DNA of 64,000 nucleotides from Orbicella franksi (Eukaryota): NCBI GenBank assembly GCA_964199315.1, contig OZ116708.1, positions 3,844,001 to 3,908,000 of the forward strand, read 5' to 3'. Shown piece by piece: positions 45,749 to 58,967 of this stretch (position 1 is its first letter; each line of letters starts with the position of its first letter). The notes under the pieces were generated by a model. It saw only the letters and a program-made list of their open reading frames with translations, ran no database searches and was not told where the DNA came from. The position numbers and the translations under genes were made by a program.

Positions 45749-46758
45749 CCAAATTTGTCTGCTCTATTTCCCTTCCAATATTGTCAACAGAATTAAAGCT
45801 TGTGAATAATTAAAATTTGAATTATGTCCGTCTGCATTCTCCTAAAAATGACATCAAAATAATATTCCGAATTTTGCCAAATGTTCACAGTCACGAGTTG
45901 TGCATGTGACGTTGGCCGATCCACAAACATTTGGATTTGAAAGAAACATTGCAATAAACACATAACCTTGCTTTCCAGCGCGAATGTTCCGGTCCGTTCC
46001 AGGGCACAGCAGCGAGCTCACTACAGCTCACGGCCGTCTGTATCACAGCTAGAAATTGTCTCCGACACTATGTCAAATACACTTGATAATCACCGACCAC
46101 AGAGGACACAAATTTCCACCGTCACTAACACTCCTTTCATTTAACGCTCGAATCGAACTTATGACTTCCAACGCCTGTGTCGATGTTGACCCCAACCGCA
46201 AGTTTTCCGAGTGGCTTTTTCAACTCTTGCATTATTCAAAGTAACGTTCCTGAAGGTTTTTTCGGCCCACAAGGGTGCTCTGATGACAAAAACTGACTTC
46301 ACATCTCAAGCATTTTGTATGAGACTGGTTGATTTCGCCATTCAATTCTGCTTTCGCTATAAGTTTTCCTTTCCAGACAAGCGACGCTCGAGTCAAGTGT
46401 GACAGTGGCGTGATTTCCCTGAACCAATCACTCTTTTCGGTTTTTTTTTTTTTTCCAAAAGTGAAGAGTTTGTTTCTTTATTATGTAAAACGTAACAAAT
46501 CGAATGTGGTTTAGCGTGGTCTGTACTCTCTTTGACCACTGTTTATGACGTGTATCGTTGTCGATAAGAGTACAGATCACACTAAACTACATTCCAATTT
46601 GCTTTTTTACCACAATATCAACGTCAATTTTTTTTTCAGAGCGCGAGCTGAAAACGGCATCGCACGACACATTGACGCCAGCAGGGTTGTCTGGACTCTT
46701 ATCGACAACGGCATATTAGCTAATCAGATTGCAAGATTAGTAGCAATTGTGGAAAAAA

Positions 46759-46809
46759 AAATAGATTCCATGTTGCCGTCCGTGACGCACGGCAACATGG
46801 AATCTATTT
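46759..46809. repeat. Perfect 21-bp inverted repeat with a 9-nt loop
   Basis: AAATAGATTCCATGTTGCCGT-ccgtgacgc-ACGGCAACATGGAATCTATTT. Confidence 0.85.
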
Positions 46810-47753
46810 GTGTACTGCAACACAGTGTTGATCTGATGAGACCCAACCAGGTCGAGACAGTTGTCCACGGTTGCAATTCTTGGCTTCCAGTTTGGACCCT
46901 ATCGTGTCGTTGTGTAGTAATCAGCCTTGCTTCCACTAACTAAACACATAACTCGCTTACTGTTTGTATCCAGCCAAACGAAGGCTACGCGTGTGTGCGT
47001 GTGCACCACGCGTGACGGACTGAGAAAGGAGGGGCGGTTCCCAATGCCACACAATCTCTTCTTTTACCGTCGTGTATGGTCTTCGCCTACACCACAAGTA
47101 GTGAATTTGGAGGATGACGTTTCAGGCGTTGGTTCTTGGCCTGAACAAATTTTAACCTTTCAAAAAGCCTAGGCCGATCAACGCTCAAAGCGTCTGCCCT
47201 TCTTTCTAAATTCAGTCCGGCGTGCGGTTTGGTAATGTTCCCATGGTAACCTCAATTTGGTAATCAACCAAGTTTCACTTGTTCGCACCCTTTTCCTGAC
47301 GCAGAAAAACAGTGTATCTGAAAACTAATCTTTAATTTACAGCCTAGAGCATTAAACTTTGAGGTCGTTTGTCTTCAATTATTTGCAGTATGGGAGGTCA
47401 ATCTCAGTCTGTAGCGCTTTGCTGATGTGTGTGGAGTTTTTTGTTTGTTTTGCTTTTCATATTTTTATGAAGCAGAATCGTACTTTGTCTACGTTCATCC
47501 ACTTCAATACACAATCTCTTTGTACGTAAGCGAAAAAGTTTTCGATGGTCTTTCTACGAACCGAGATTCTAAGATCCTTTGTACACAAATAAGTCATGAC
47601 GAACACAGAGTGCAAAAGTTCTTTAGGTGTTGCTGTACGTGATTTATGTTCTACTGAGTGAATCCTGATCAATTCTCGCATAAGTCAAATCACGATTCAT
47701 TACGTTGTAGAAGAAAGGGAACATAAATTTTAACAATCTAATCTTGTTAAGTT

Positions 47754-49217
47754 CTATTCTTCTTCACAATACGCTTGTCCCCAGCAGCACCTCAGCTGAC
47801 GTCCACACTCCGCAGTCAAGCACCATCCTTCATCATCAGAACACACGCAGTTCTGCTTGCAACTTCTAATAAGATCAATGACTTCCGTCGTCTGCCTGCC
47901 CGGGAGAGTCTGGTTCATAAAGCAAGTTGAAAAGATGCTGTCTTGACAGGCGTGGTCCTGGGTAAGAGTTTCCCACGCTGGACCAAAGTCTTCAGAATCA
48001 CAGAAGAAGCATTTCAGTTTCAGCGTCATGTACACTCCTATTAAAAATACCCGATGGAGGGACTTTAAAAGAATTGCCAGTGAACAAAATAGACCATCAT
48101 GATGAATCATTGCTTAAACAGCAGTGTTTATATGAAAATTTAGCTTTTTATTGAAGTTGTTCGCCCAGCTATTTGCGGCGAGAACTACTGAGCGACGGAT
48201 AACTGCACGATGATTGCTATTCTCAAAGAATGTGGTGCTCTTTCAACACAGGTTATGCATGCCAAGGCATTTTTGCAAAGTTGCCTCAACAATTCGTTGT
48301 AACCTATTTTAAATGCCTCTAGCTAAGAGTAAAAGAATCCTACGCAAGTCCTCCTGGCTAGTGTTTTTGCAGGGTGGCGAATCCGGTATTTTAAAAAAAT
48401 ACGCGCTTTGGCTGCACGTCTGGAAATTTCTTTGCGACTCGACACGGTATCTACGGAGTCTCGATCTATAAAACAGCTTCTGTCTCAGTCTCGAAAGAGA
48501 CTTTAATCTTGCCGTCTTGCAGAGTCCCAGATTTCCCGTTTTGTGAGCTCAATGTGAGAACAATCCGGTCTTTGCAAGTACCAATTTTTTGTGCAGTAAA
48601 CAGACAAGTTATGCGGATTCATTTCAGAGAAGGAAACTGGTCGTAACTCAGTTACCAGTTTGCCTAATTCAAGGAATATTAAGCTCCATTCCAGGGAGGG
48701 GCGGAGATCATAGGAATTTATTCCCTACTCACCTTCCCCTCTCTGTTCATGAACCAGAGAAGATGAAACGGGTCCCTCCAGGGGAGTCCGTGATCCTTTA
48801 TTCCATAAATTGTACCATACGGCTAGAGTGAAGCCTGGAAATGAGCAGGAACACTTTGGTGAATTTTTGTTTTGGATATTTCTACTAAGTCTGCCAATAA
48901 AAAAGAAAGCTCAGCTACCATAACATATAAATACCTGCCGCCAGAGATTGGAAGATGTCCACGCATTATTAAATATTTATTCCAGTTCGTCATTTGAACC
49001 CGAATTGAACAAACCAGATTTTAACCGATTGAGGCGGTTCTAGTCAGTTAGAGGACCCACTCAAGTTGAAACAAAAATTTAATTTTAAAAGGTAAATTAC
49101 TATTTTTACCTCACCTTTCTTGGTTCAACTCTTACCTAGAAAGGTACAGACAGCGAGGATTTGTTGCCATTGTGGTTTGCTGTGAAATCGTTTCACTGTT
49201 TCCGTTTGTTGATGCAT
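47754..49217 (-). CDS. Small secreted cysteine-rich protein, three-finger (Ly6/uPAR- or TGF-beta-receptor-ectodomain-like), 121 aa
   Basis: Exon 49136-49217 (MHQQTETVKRFHSKPQWQQILAVCTFL-G, donor GTAAGA) splices in phase 1 to 47754-48037 (acceptor TTTTTAATAG), giving a hydrophobic segment ILAVCTFLGVYMTL, then LKCFFC...CCWGQAYCEEE* with 12 Cys. Confidence 0.7.
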
Positions 49218-51414
49218 CCTAATTTCCAATTTTTAAAATAAATTCCACGGTTCTCCGATAAAAACAAATGTCGAGCCTTGGCGATAATTTTACAGTCCAT
49301 GGATTGTGTTAAGTTAAATTTTCGGAGTAAAGGTAGTCACATTTTCTGTTACACCAGTGTTGTTATCCTCCAGTTAGCTTTACAATCACCGTGACAGTTC
49401 TTGTTCACTTATTGGCTGACAGTTTAGCATCAATAAGAGGTATCGACAAACTTGCACGCCTGCCTTCTCGGTTATTTAAGTTTTTTTTTTCCTTTTGCTT
49501 CCGATCAAATGCAATGTATACCGTGTGGTGTGCCAAGAAGATCATAAAACAACAAAACAACAGATTGGAAGTATCTCTGATTATAAATTAATCAAACGTG
49601 GCACAAATTTGCAATAGGCGACTTTATAAAGACATTACAGAGAGGAATCGTTCCCAGGGTTTCGGGGCTGCTTTCCAAGATGGCGACCTGGAAAGCAACG
49701 CGGAGGAGGTCTGGAGACAACAGTAATAGACTCGGCTTTCGTTACGAATCAAAGGCAAGTAATCGCGCGATATTGTTAATTTCATGCGCTTTGAGGCTTG
49801 CGATTTTTTATAAAACCAGTCGACACAGATGGCCCTGTTCCTCAGCTTTTTTTTTTCTCGAGGAATTGATAATTCAAATTTCAAGGAAGTATATTTGAAA
49901 GTGGATAAAATATTGAATCCTCATAAATGTTGATTGGCGGGAGATCAATATGAATACACAATTTATTTTCATATTATTTAAGAAAAATAACAGACGTTTT
50001 AATTTGGTTACCTTTACTCAGTTTCCTTCGTATATTTTACGAAGTTAAATATTGAAAAAATTGACAATCACTTTGACTGCTAAACCAATTTAACCGTTGT
50101 ATATACTACTAAATATTTCCATATATCTTTTCATTTATGAACAGTTTAATCAGTTGAGTAAAACTAAAATCTTTCAGACAGATCCGATTTCTAAATATGA
50201 ATGAAAACAGATCCATTTGTTATACATCGCACAATTTTACTTGTTATGTAATTGTGGTGGTTTGATTACAAACGGCCACGGCTGGTTTTTTTCGTGTTGT
50301 CTATATGAAAACTATCTCGGTTCCTTTAAGTACTCTTTATCTCCGAATGTCCAGCATGCATCGACCACTATTGGCGTTAAAAAAATGTCAGACTTGTTAA
50401 GAAGGCAAAATCCATGGTTGGTTTTCGAGATGAGCTGTAAATTTTTTTGTTGAACCAAGGGGTTTTGCTGTCACAAAATGTCACTGTCTGCAAAACAAAG
50501 CAGTTACGTAACCCAGAAGCAGTTCTTCTCTTAAAATATTAACGCAGTTTATGGAAAAATAGCTCGTTTTTATGCCACTTAAATTCATCTTAAATTCATT
50601 AAGCTTCAATGATGTGTCATTGTTAAGCATTTTAAGAAAACGAGTTTCGCATTACTTGAATAGAGTTACCGCTAATCTCAAATAAAATCCCGAAATAATC
50701 ATTTTATGTTCAATATATATCCATTTATCGTGGAGAATCGAAATAGTAACAGGCGGTTAACTTGAAAAAGATGTATTCAACAAATTTATGCGCCAGGCAT
50801 TTGGTTTAGGAGCCAGAACCTTCATTGACGTCGAAACAGTGTTGGGATATAATATATCAATTTGTCGACGATATAGACGGGTCTCAGAACTAAATCAAAT
50901 AAAATCAGTGCTCCTTGTTAGATAAATCGATATGAAACAACGATATGGTTCAGAAAAATAATACCCCCAGCTATTGAAAAACTCCGAAAGAAAGAACCTA
51001 TTAAAATAGCTCTATACTTCTGCGTCGTGCGAGAGCAGGATTTTACAAGGCTTTCCCACATTGTATGTCGACATTTGTTTGTCTGTTTTTCTCTCGTTCA
51101 CGTCTAATCTCATTTAGCCATAAAAGAAATCAAATTCAAGATAAAAGCCAAGACATTTCTAATTTATAAGTGGCAAAACTTTATCAAAGTCTAGCTTGTG
51201 TGATTGGCTTTTCGGGTTATGGATAAAGATCAACAATGTACTTTTTTTTCTGATCACAATTGATTCTGTGCGCACGCTCTTCCAGTCGATCTTAAATCGC
51301 CCAATGCCCTGACCTGAGAAGCTTGCTCAAGCGATTTGGAGCGTCGGGAAAGAAGACCATGCCACAGCAGCCGAAGATGAAACAGGGTTAATTAAAATTC
51401 TTTGTTAGCTCAGT

Positions 51415-54400
51415 ATGGCACGGCAAAGGCGGGCTTCGCCTTTAGCTTCTGAGAGCACTACCGCAGATCAGCGATCGAGACTCATGGAAAAGGAAAGCGA
51501 CGCAGCTCGTTCACAGGTAAGGTGTTGACTCAAAGTTCCCGTAAATTGAAAAAAAAAAAAAAAAAGCAAAGAAAAGATTGAAGTCTAAACCGAAATCAGA
51601 GTGTTAGTTAGTTCATTTCAATCGAATTTGCATGATTGTGTTTGTAGCTTTTGTAAACAAGTTCTTCATTTATCGTAATCACGAACATCCATACAGTTCT
51701 ATGATACCCAAACATGGTTGCCCTCCTAGCAAAATTTCACCGCAGCCACAAAAAAATACACATTTTTGAAAGATTCTTCAGATGAACCCTCTATTTTAGT
51801 TCCATGCAGCTTCTCCGCATTATTTTTGAGAAAGAAAAGGACTTTTTGAAGCCAATCTTTTTGTGGCATGTTTCGAAGCACGTAGACGAAACAAATCTTC
51901 GCGATATGACACTAGTTTAAAATTCTGATAGTCTAGGGACATTGCCGCGGCTTACATTGCTTTAGGTCTGTGTGTGTTTGATTTAATTTCACAGTTCTTT
52001 ATTATATATCATTGAAATATTCTGAAACCTGGGACGGCTTATTTTCTTCGCCCGAGGGCTTGTTTTTAAAGGATTCGCAGTAAGGAGCGCTCCTTCAAAC
52101 GATAGAGATTGTCGAAAATGAGCCAGTGTTTTAATGAAAAGCGTGAGTACAACTAAAAACAATTTAGCGATTCGACGCCAAACGATAGAGAACGTAATTC
52201 AGTGGCTTTACAGTATTTTTGTCTCTTTACCGTGAGTAAAGGTAAAACATTGTTTTGAAAAACTGTACAAGAGACCACTTGTTTTTAATTCTCTCCTTTT
52301 TCATTCAACGACTATTTTTCAATCAGTGCATGTGGGTAGTACGAGATTAAATAAAACGTGAAGCGGAATTTATTTTGACTCGTGCACTTTTTGCAAAATT
52401 AATATAAATTTCGTTCGGTAGCGAATAAACGCTTTTATTATTCACAATTTTGCTGACATGAACAGATGTATTTCGTGCTTTCTTTTTCACTTTTAGACGC
52501 AGAGAATCAACGGAAATTGGGTATACGACAAAACTATATTATGCAGCTCAGAAAACTGAGCGATCAAAGTGGCTTTTATCGTGGAAAACCGGCCAATGAA
52601 TGCTAAGAAAAGAACCAAGTAATTGCATCCAGCTGGTTTTCCTTTGAAATTTTATTTTATTTTACCACCAGACTAGAATGGCCTAAATTATTCACAGAAT
52701 CCTTCCGAGAACACGATTGAGAAAAGACGAAACGACTGCCTTACTTCCGTGATTTCGCAAAGAGCGAAAGAAGAAAAACATTGTGGTAGAACCGCGACAA
52801 ATGTCATGTTTCGCGATAAAATAGCGCGCACGATTAAATTTCAGCTTAAATTTCCGACGCCATATTTTATTGTCTTTTCATTTTCAAAGAATATCCGATT
52901 TCGAATATTGTGTTCGCGCCAAACAAAGGCAAACACACGGGAGGGCTTTGCATGTGATAAACAATTGATATTCATTGTACAATTGTCCACACTGACACTA
53001 CTAAGAAGGTGTGTGATCGGCCCGAACAAATTGGGGGCTTTCTTCCGACGACGCTATTGGTAGAGAGGAAGCGGATAATGAGTCACATAGACTTTTTGCT
53101 TTAGGCGTTATTTACTGGGTTATATAAATATTCGTATTTGACATGTTACCCGTGCTACCGACGTTTTGATGTGTACATATACCTTTCGTCACTCAGGTCG
53201 CGCAAGGCGAGAGTCCAAGGAGTGAAAACCTGGAGGACTCGGATTCTGGTGAACAAGACAAGTTCATTGGAATAATGGGCGACACAGCGAAACGTTTTTC
53301 CTCGCTTCTGACGGTTATTTGTCGCACAGCCAAGAGGTCTGCAAACAAGGTGGCGAAAATACGAAAGAAAAAGAATGGCGGAGAAGATATGAGTAACGTA
53401 CCGCCAAAGGTTGACGCGGTTGTTGGAAGCCCCTGTAAAACGCGTGGATCAAAAAGCTCTGCTTCAAGCGTGGATGAAAAAGGTATATACGATCTCGCAT
53501 ACAAAATGATGTGTTAGCAATTTTTAATTTTCCTTATTCGATTTCAAAGAGAAAGTAGCATTTTAATAGGTGTTTTTTCGCCCACAGTTGAACAACATTT
53601 CAATGAGACTTATGAACTGCACCAACTTCTTGGCCAAGGAGGATTTGCTGTTGTGTATTCCGGAACCCGAGTCCGAGATGGTCTACCTGTAAGTGCGGTT
53701 TTTTTGTTTCTCGTTATCATTTCGGCACGGGGAAGTCAATGTCTGTAGGCTGCAGATAGGGCTTTAGATCCCCCCTGATGGCCTACAGATTATGGTTTCC
53801 CCTGACGCAATGGTTTAAAATGAAAGCCGCAGAATCTAGTGGAGTCTCCGCATCCAAGATCCAATGACAACCTAATGTTCCAATTGATCAAGTGTTCCGA
53901 TCCAATATTCTGATCATGTGTTCTGATCAAATGTAAGTGTTGATGCAGTCATACTGATCAAACGCTCTAATCGAAGGATTCTAAATTCGTTTCTGCTTTT
54001 TTATCGTTCAGCTCGAGCGGTCTTTGGAAATTTTTCTTTCAGTTTTTACAACGAAAATAGCATATAAAAACCTTTTAACATACGCGTATTTGTCTTCGTG
54101 GTGTTTTTAAACTCATTTAAACATAATGTTGGTTGAGATCAACAGATGCCGTATTGCCTGTACGAATGTTCTTGTTTTAATTTTATTATTTTTGCAAAAT
54201 AAGAGGACTGTTTGCATCTAAATATAAACAGCGTTTGGTAGAAAAAGCTTCTCGCTTTATGAAACAAATTGGTGTTAAGCACTAGTATGAAAGCTTGTAC
54301 CACGAAAACATCAAAATTAGACTTGAAATGTCGAAGGCTCCATAACAAAAAGTCGGAAGCGTTCGGCACCTGCTAAGGGTTATTAAATTTAAGCAGCTTT

Positions 54401-57400
54401 TAGCCTCGTTTTATGCCTTTTTGAAACGTGTACGGCAGCCTGAAGTTATTTTTCTTATAACTGAATGCTCATGTTCCTCAGCAAATTGGCGCGGCTAGTA
54501 CAGCCTTAAAATAAATAATGATAACAGACGCATGCTGCTGTAAGTTTCCCTCAGTGCTGGTCAATACGGCTATTATCTCGCACGGTAAGCAATCAACTAG
54601 AACAGTCTTATCACCCGAGGCGTCAAACGCTATTATCTAATTCATAACATTGAGCTTTTTAATAGTTCTTCAAAATTTCCGTATTTCAGAATTTGGCTGG
54701 CTAAGTCAGTCGAGAGCGTTATAGCTGGCTTATACTTTATAGCGCTTATTGAAACAACGACGGATTTTAAATCAGCTTCATTTTGTTAAATTAAAATATC
54801 TTCACGTGCGAGGCAAAATGAAACAGAAATAAAAATATTTTATTTCATTTTAAATTTATGCATGTCAAATTTTAGTTTTATATTTTTTGAAATATTTTGT
54901 CTCTCCTAACCGTAATTTCAGTTGACTTAATTTCATTTTTGGAGTGACTGAACAATAATTTCTTTTATTTCATTTTTGCTTTTGTTCGTCGAATGTCTTA
55001 TTTCAAATTTTTCTTTAATTTGAATAAATCACGTGCATGTTTGAGTCATAAAGCCTTTGGGACATCTAGGCCTTTCTACAAATATCCGGATATTTTTTTG
55101 GGATGTTTAGAAGTTTCCAAGATATTTAGAAAATAGTTAAAGATATTTCTATTATTTAGGGATATTTAGAAATTTTCGTAGCTTTTTGACTGAGTCCTGT
55201 ATTTTCCTCGCGAATTTTCCTGAGGCAATATTCAGTTTTATCCCAGAAACAACCCAGTTCAGCGATATCCCAACTGAAAAATGTACTTCAATAATTTCAT
55301 ATCACTACAAGCTCAAACGGCCTCAGTTTTCCAAAATGACGGACGCCGGTAACATCGAGGTGCCTGAATCTTCTTCCTCTACTTTTACTACTGCAAAAAT
55401 TTTCAATTTTTTTTTTGCCTAATCGATTCAAAATCGGTTCATTTTTAAACCAAAAAATAAGGGGATATTTAGAGGGTTTTTCTAAATATTTAGAATTTTT
55501 TGTGATGTTTAGAAGATTGTTTGAGAACTTCCGGTAAAACATTCAGGCAATGTTACGTGATATTCGAGGAAAGGCCTACGGACATCCTGATATTTCTCTT
55601 GTATTACAATCGATCACCAGGTTGATTAATTGATTCAACTTTTCCAAGCTGCCAGTGCTGTATATTTGGCAGGTGACATGGCAAACAAAGAGAATTGTAT
55701 AATTGTCAGTTGCGGGATCTTGTTTTGATAAATCACCAAATTCTCAAACTGTCAGCGAAAGAAATGAATGATATTCAGTAAAGAGAATCGATATTTTGTG
55801 GCCGGGAGGTAAATTGCTCAAAGTGATTGCGAGATCCCTTAGGCACGCGGCGGCCACAAGGAAATCTGTTCAAAATGTACTTACAACTTTCAACGAATAT
55901 TTTCCCTGGTCAGGACTGCTACTCCGTCAGCGGGTAAGATGAACCAAATCCTACGCTGTGATTGGCTACCCGAGCGGGCAAGATGGCGCTTTCTTGCCCG
56001 TTCGGAATTACCTGCAGTTGCACGCAAGAAACGACGAAGAAAAAACGAGAAAAACAAGAAATGACTCTTCTATTTACGTTTGATTTGTTTTTACTCTTTT
56101 TCTTTCCCTGTCCTTTATTACGCACGTTTCATTCGACGTTTCCTCTCTAGGCAAAGTGTTAAATGACTAATTACTTGCCCAGTGTTTTGCTTATATTTCA
56201 AGGGTTTTACACCAAGTTTATTGACTAAATAAGTGAGTGATATTTCTCTCATTTCCTAGGTGGCAATCAAGGTTATTCCCAAGTGCAATGTGTACTCTTT
56301 TGAAGAGGTATGTTAATGCAAAGCTTTGAGCATCTTCGTATAGTAACAAAAATATTTCATTTCATTTGCATCAAAGTGTACTGAAGGTGTCAGTTCATAT
56401 TTAACTGGAAAAAGATAAAAATAAATTCTTTCTTCGCCATATTTTGGCTAGTTTGGTACTGAGATCATGAATAAAAAACTAAGACAAATGAACCATTCGA
56501 CACAGGTCTTAAAACATTAAAAACAACCATCAATCAAAATTGATAATATAAACAGTTTTTCTACTGCCGTGGTCCGATTTAACTTGCCCTTCCAAGAGTA
56601 AGTAATCAGCTTGTAAATTCTCCTCACAATATTAGCAGATTATAAAGTGACTAAATAGTGAGAATTACAAATAGAGAGAACATGGATCGACAGTCACGGT
56701 GTTGCGAAAGCAGATTTCTTTGGATTCTCTCTTCTCAGTGTTCTGTAAGCCCGGCCAAAAATTATACACAGAGAATTGAGGCATCCTGCGGGAGTTTATG
56801 GCCTTTTCTACTAGTAACTTAGCCTAAAACTAATAGGCTTGGAGAAGACAAAAAACGGCTCCTTGTAATTGGTGTAGAAGACACAGGACACGTCACAGAA
56901 AAGCGCCTCAGAAACTCATTGTTTTCATTGCTTTCTTCGTTCTTTTGTCCTTTTGTTCTCTATTGTTTCATGTCAACTGTCCGACTTCTACACCAAGAAA
57001 GAGCCCCCAAAATCGTCCCCAGTGTTCTCTCTTCTCCTCTCCAAACTGTGGTCCCAGCTCCCTCTCCACCGTTACGCTAAGCTGCCTGCGGCTTTTGTTC
57101 GTCTTTGATTTTTACAGGAAAATGAAGTCCCAATTCCAATGGAAGTTCACCTCCACCGCTTCCTTGACCACCCTAACGTCATCAAACTACTCGACTACTT
57201 CGAGCATGCGCAGGCCTATGTGATGGTGTTGGAACGGCCGCAGTACCACAAGGATCTGTTTGACTACATCACAGAAAAGCGTCGATTGGAGGAAAGCGAG
57301 GCGAAGAGTATTTTTCGCCAAGTTGTGGAGGCGGTCATGTACTGCGAATCAAAAGGAATCTTCCATCGTGATATCAAGGACGAGAATATCTTGCTGGATT

Positions 57401-58967
57401 CCATGACAGGTCAGGTGAAATTGCTCGATTTTGGCTCAGGCACGCTGCTGGAGAACACCTTATACACTGATTACGAAGGTGAGTATGACTGAGAATAATG
57501 TCACGCAATCGTCGTTGAAATTGTGACACAGTCACGATGCAAACTCTAACGAAATCGCGATTCATGCTGTCACAAGAAACGTGATGCATACATTGGAACG
57601 CGGTTTTAAACAAAAACGAATGCAAAGGGTGACGTCATCCAGATAACGAGGGACAGTTTTCTGTACCACGTGACTTAAAAGAGATTGCCAATACATTCAA
57701 TGGATGCTTAAAGAAGTAGTAAAAAGCTCAAAGGAAACGTGGTAAACTGAATGATTGCATGGTAACAAATGCCCGACTATCGAGTTAATTTACGAACAGT
57801 TCATTTATTTCTTGGAAATGTTCTTTCTAACACTAAAACAACATCTCTTTCATGATATGCACCCCAGTTAATAAGTAGCATATTAGCTGCTTAAGCTGAA
57901 GGGAAAAAATATTAATAAAATTGAAGGAAATACGATGTAGCACACGTACAAACGCACCTGTCATTGTGTTTCTTGCTCTAGGAACCCGAGCGTATTGTCC
58001 TCCAGAATGGTTCCGCTTTCATCGCTACTACGCACGCCCAGCTACTGTGTGGTCACTGGGGATACTGCTGCACAACATGATCACGGGCGACGTTCCTTTT
58101 TCGAATGAAGTGGAGATCGTCAGAGCAGAGCTGAATTTCTCGGATGATGTTAGTAAAGGTAAGAAAAAAACAGATTCACATCAGAGAAATGGCGATTCTC
58201 AGTGGAAAGTAATCGTGGTAATACACAAGAAGGAAAAGAAGGAATACATGAGGGAAAGTAACTAGCTTGCACTGTAGGCGTAGACAGGGATTGTGTAGGC
58301 GGGAGGCGGAAAACGCGTGGGTAGAAGCTAAGGTAACGCAACGCGTTCTTTTTCTCACCCATTCCCCCCTCCATACATCTTCACTCTCTCTCTTACCGTC
58401 TCCTCCATTTTACGCCTGCTAGCTGCCTGCTAAAAGGGGACATAAGGACGGAGATATAAAGCAATTGATGTTTAGTAATGTAGAGGAAAATATAGACCCT
58501 TTGCATAAATGGCAATAAAAGGATGTACAAAGTATTGTTATTCAAATTTAGGCGCCATTTATAAAAAGGGTCTATGGGCGTTGGCAACTAAAATAATAAA
58601 AAGAAAAATGAAGGGTTGGAGAAATAACAAGTGGTAACCAGGCCGGGGAGATAAGGAGAACTACAGGGTAGGAACAATTAAAAGAAGCGAAACAAGAAAA
58701 GTCAGGGTAAAAGAGAGTGTTATGTCAAAAATCTGATGTCTATTTGTATCCTTCTATACAGACTTGCAAGATATTCTGCGATGTCTTTTAGCCAAGCACC
58801 CTTCTTACAGACCCTCTTTGGAGGTGATAATAGAACATCCTTGGCTTCAGCCCCATAGACACAAACACCGCCCCTCCGACAGGAGACTGTGTCAAAGCGT
58901 TCCTATTCCTGGGGAGAGCCTTGGAGAGAGGCGAGAGCGGCAACCGCATCGAGGATCAGCTCTTTAA
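51415..58967 (+). CDS. PIM: PIM-family Ser/Thr kinase, complete
   Basis: In-phase exons 51415-51516, 53197-53482, 53588-53688 (GQGGFAVV), 56260-56307 (VAIK), 57118-57478 (PIM-type ERP hinge, HRDIKDEN, DFG), 57982-58158 (GTRAYCPPEW), 58762-58967. The first exon is less certain; a Met at 53278 is an alternative start. Confidence 0.9.
52691..52711. promoter_or_regulatory. Tandem GAS (STAT-type) motifs
   Basis: TTCACAGAA-tcc-TTCCGAGAA, ~490 bp upstream of PIM exon 53197; AP-1 TGAGTCA at 53079-53085. Confidence 0.4.
55060..55590. mobile_element. MITE-like element with imperfect TIRs
   Basis: TAGGCCTTTC...AATATC at the left end and GATATT...GAAAGGCCTA at the right end; internal GATATTTAGA repeats. 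Confidence 0.45.
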
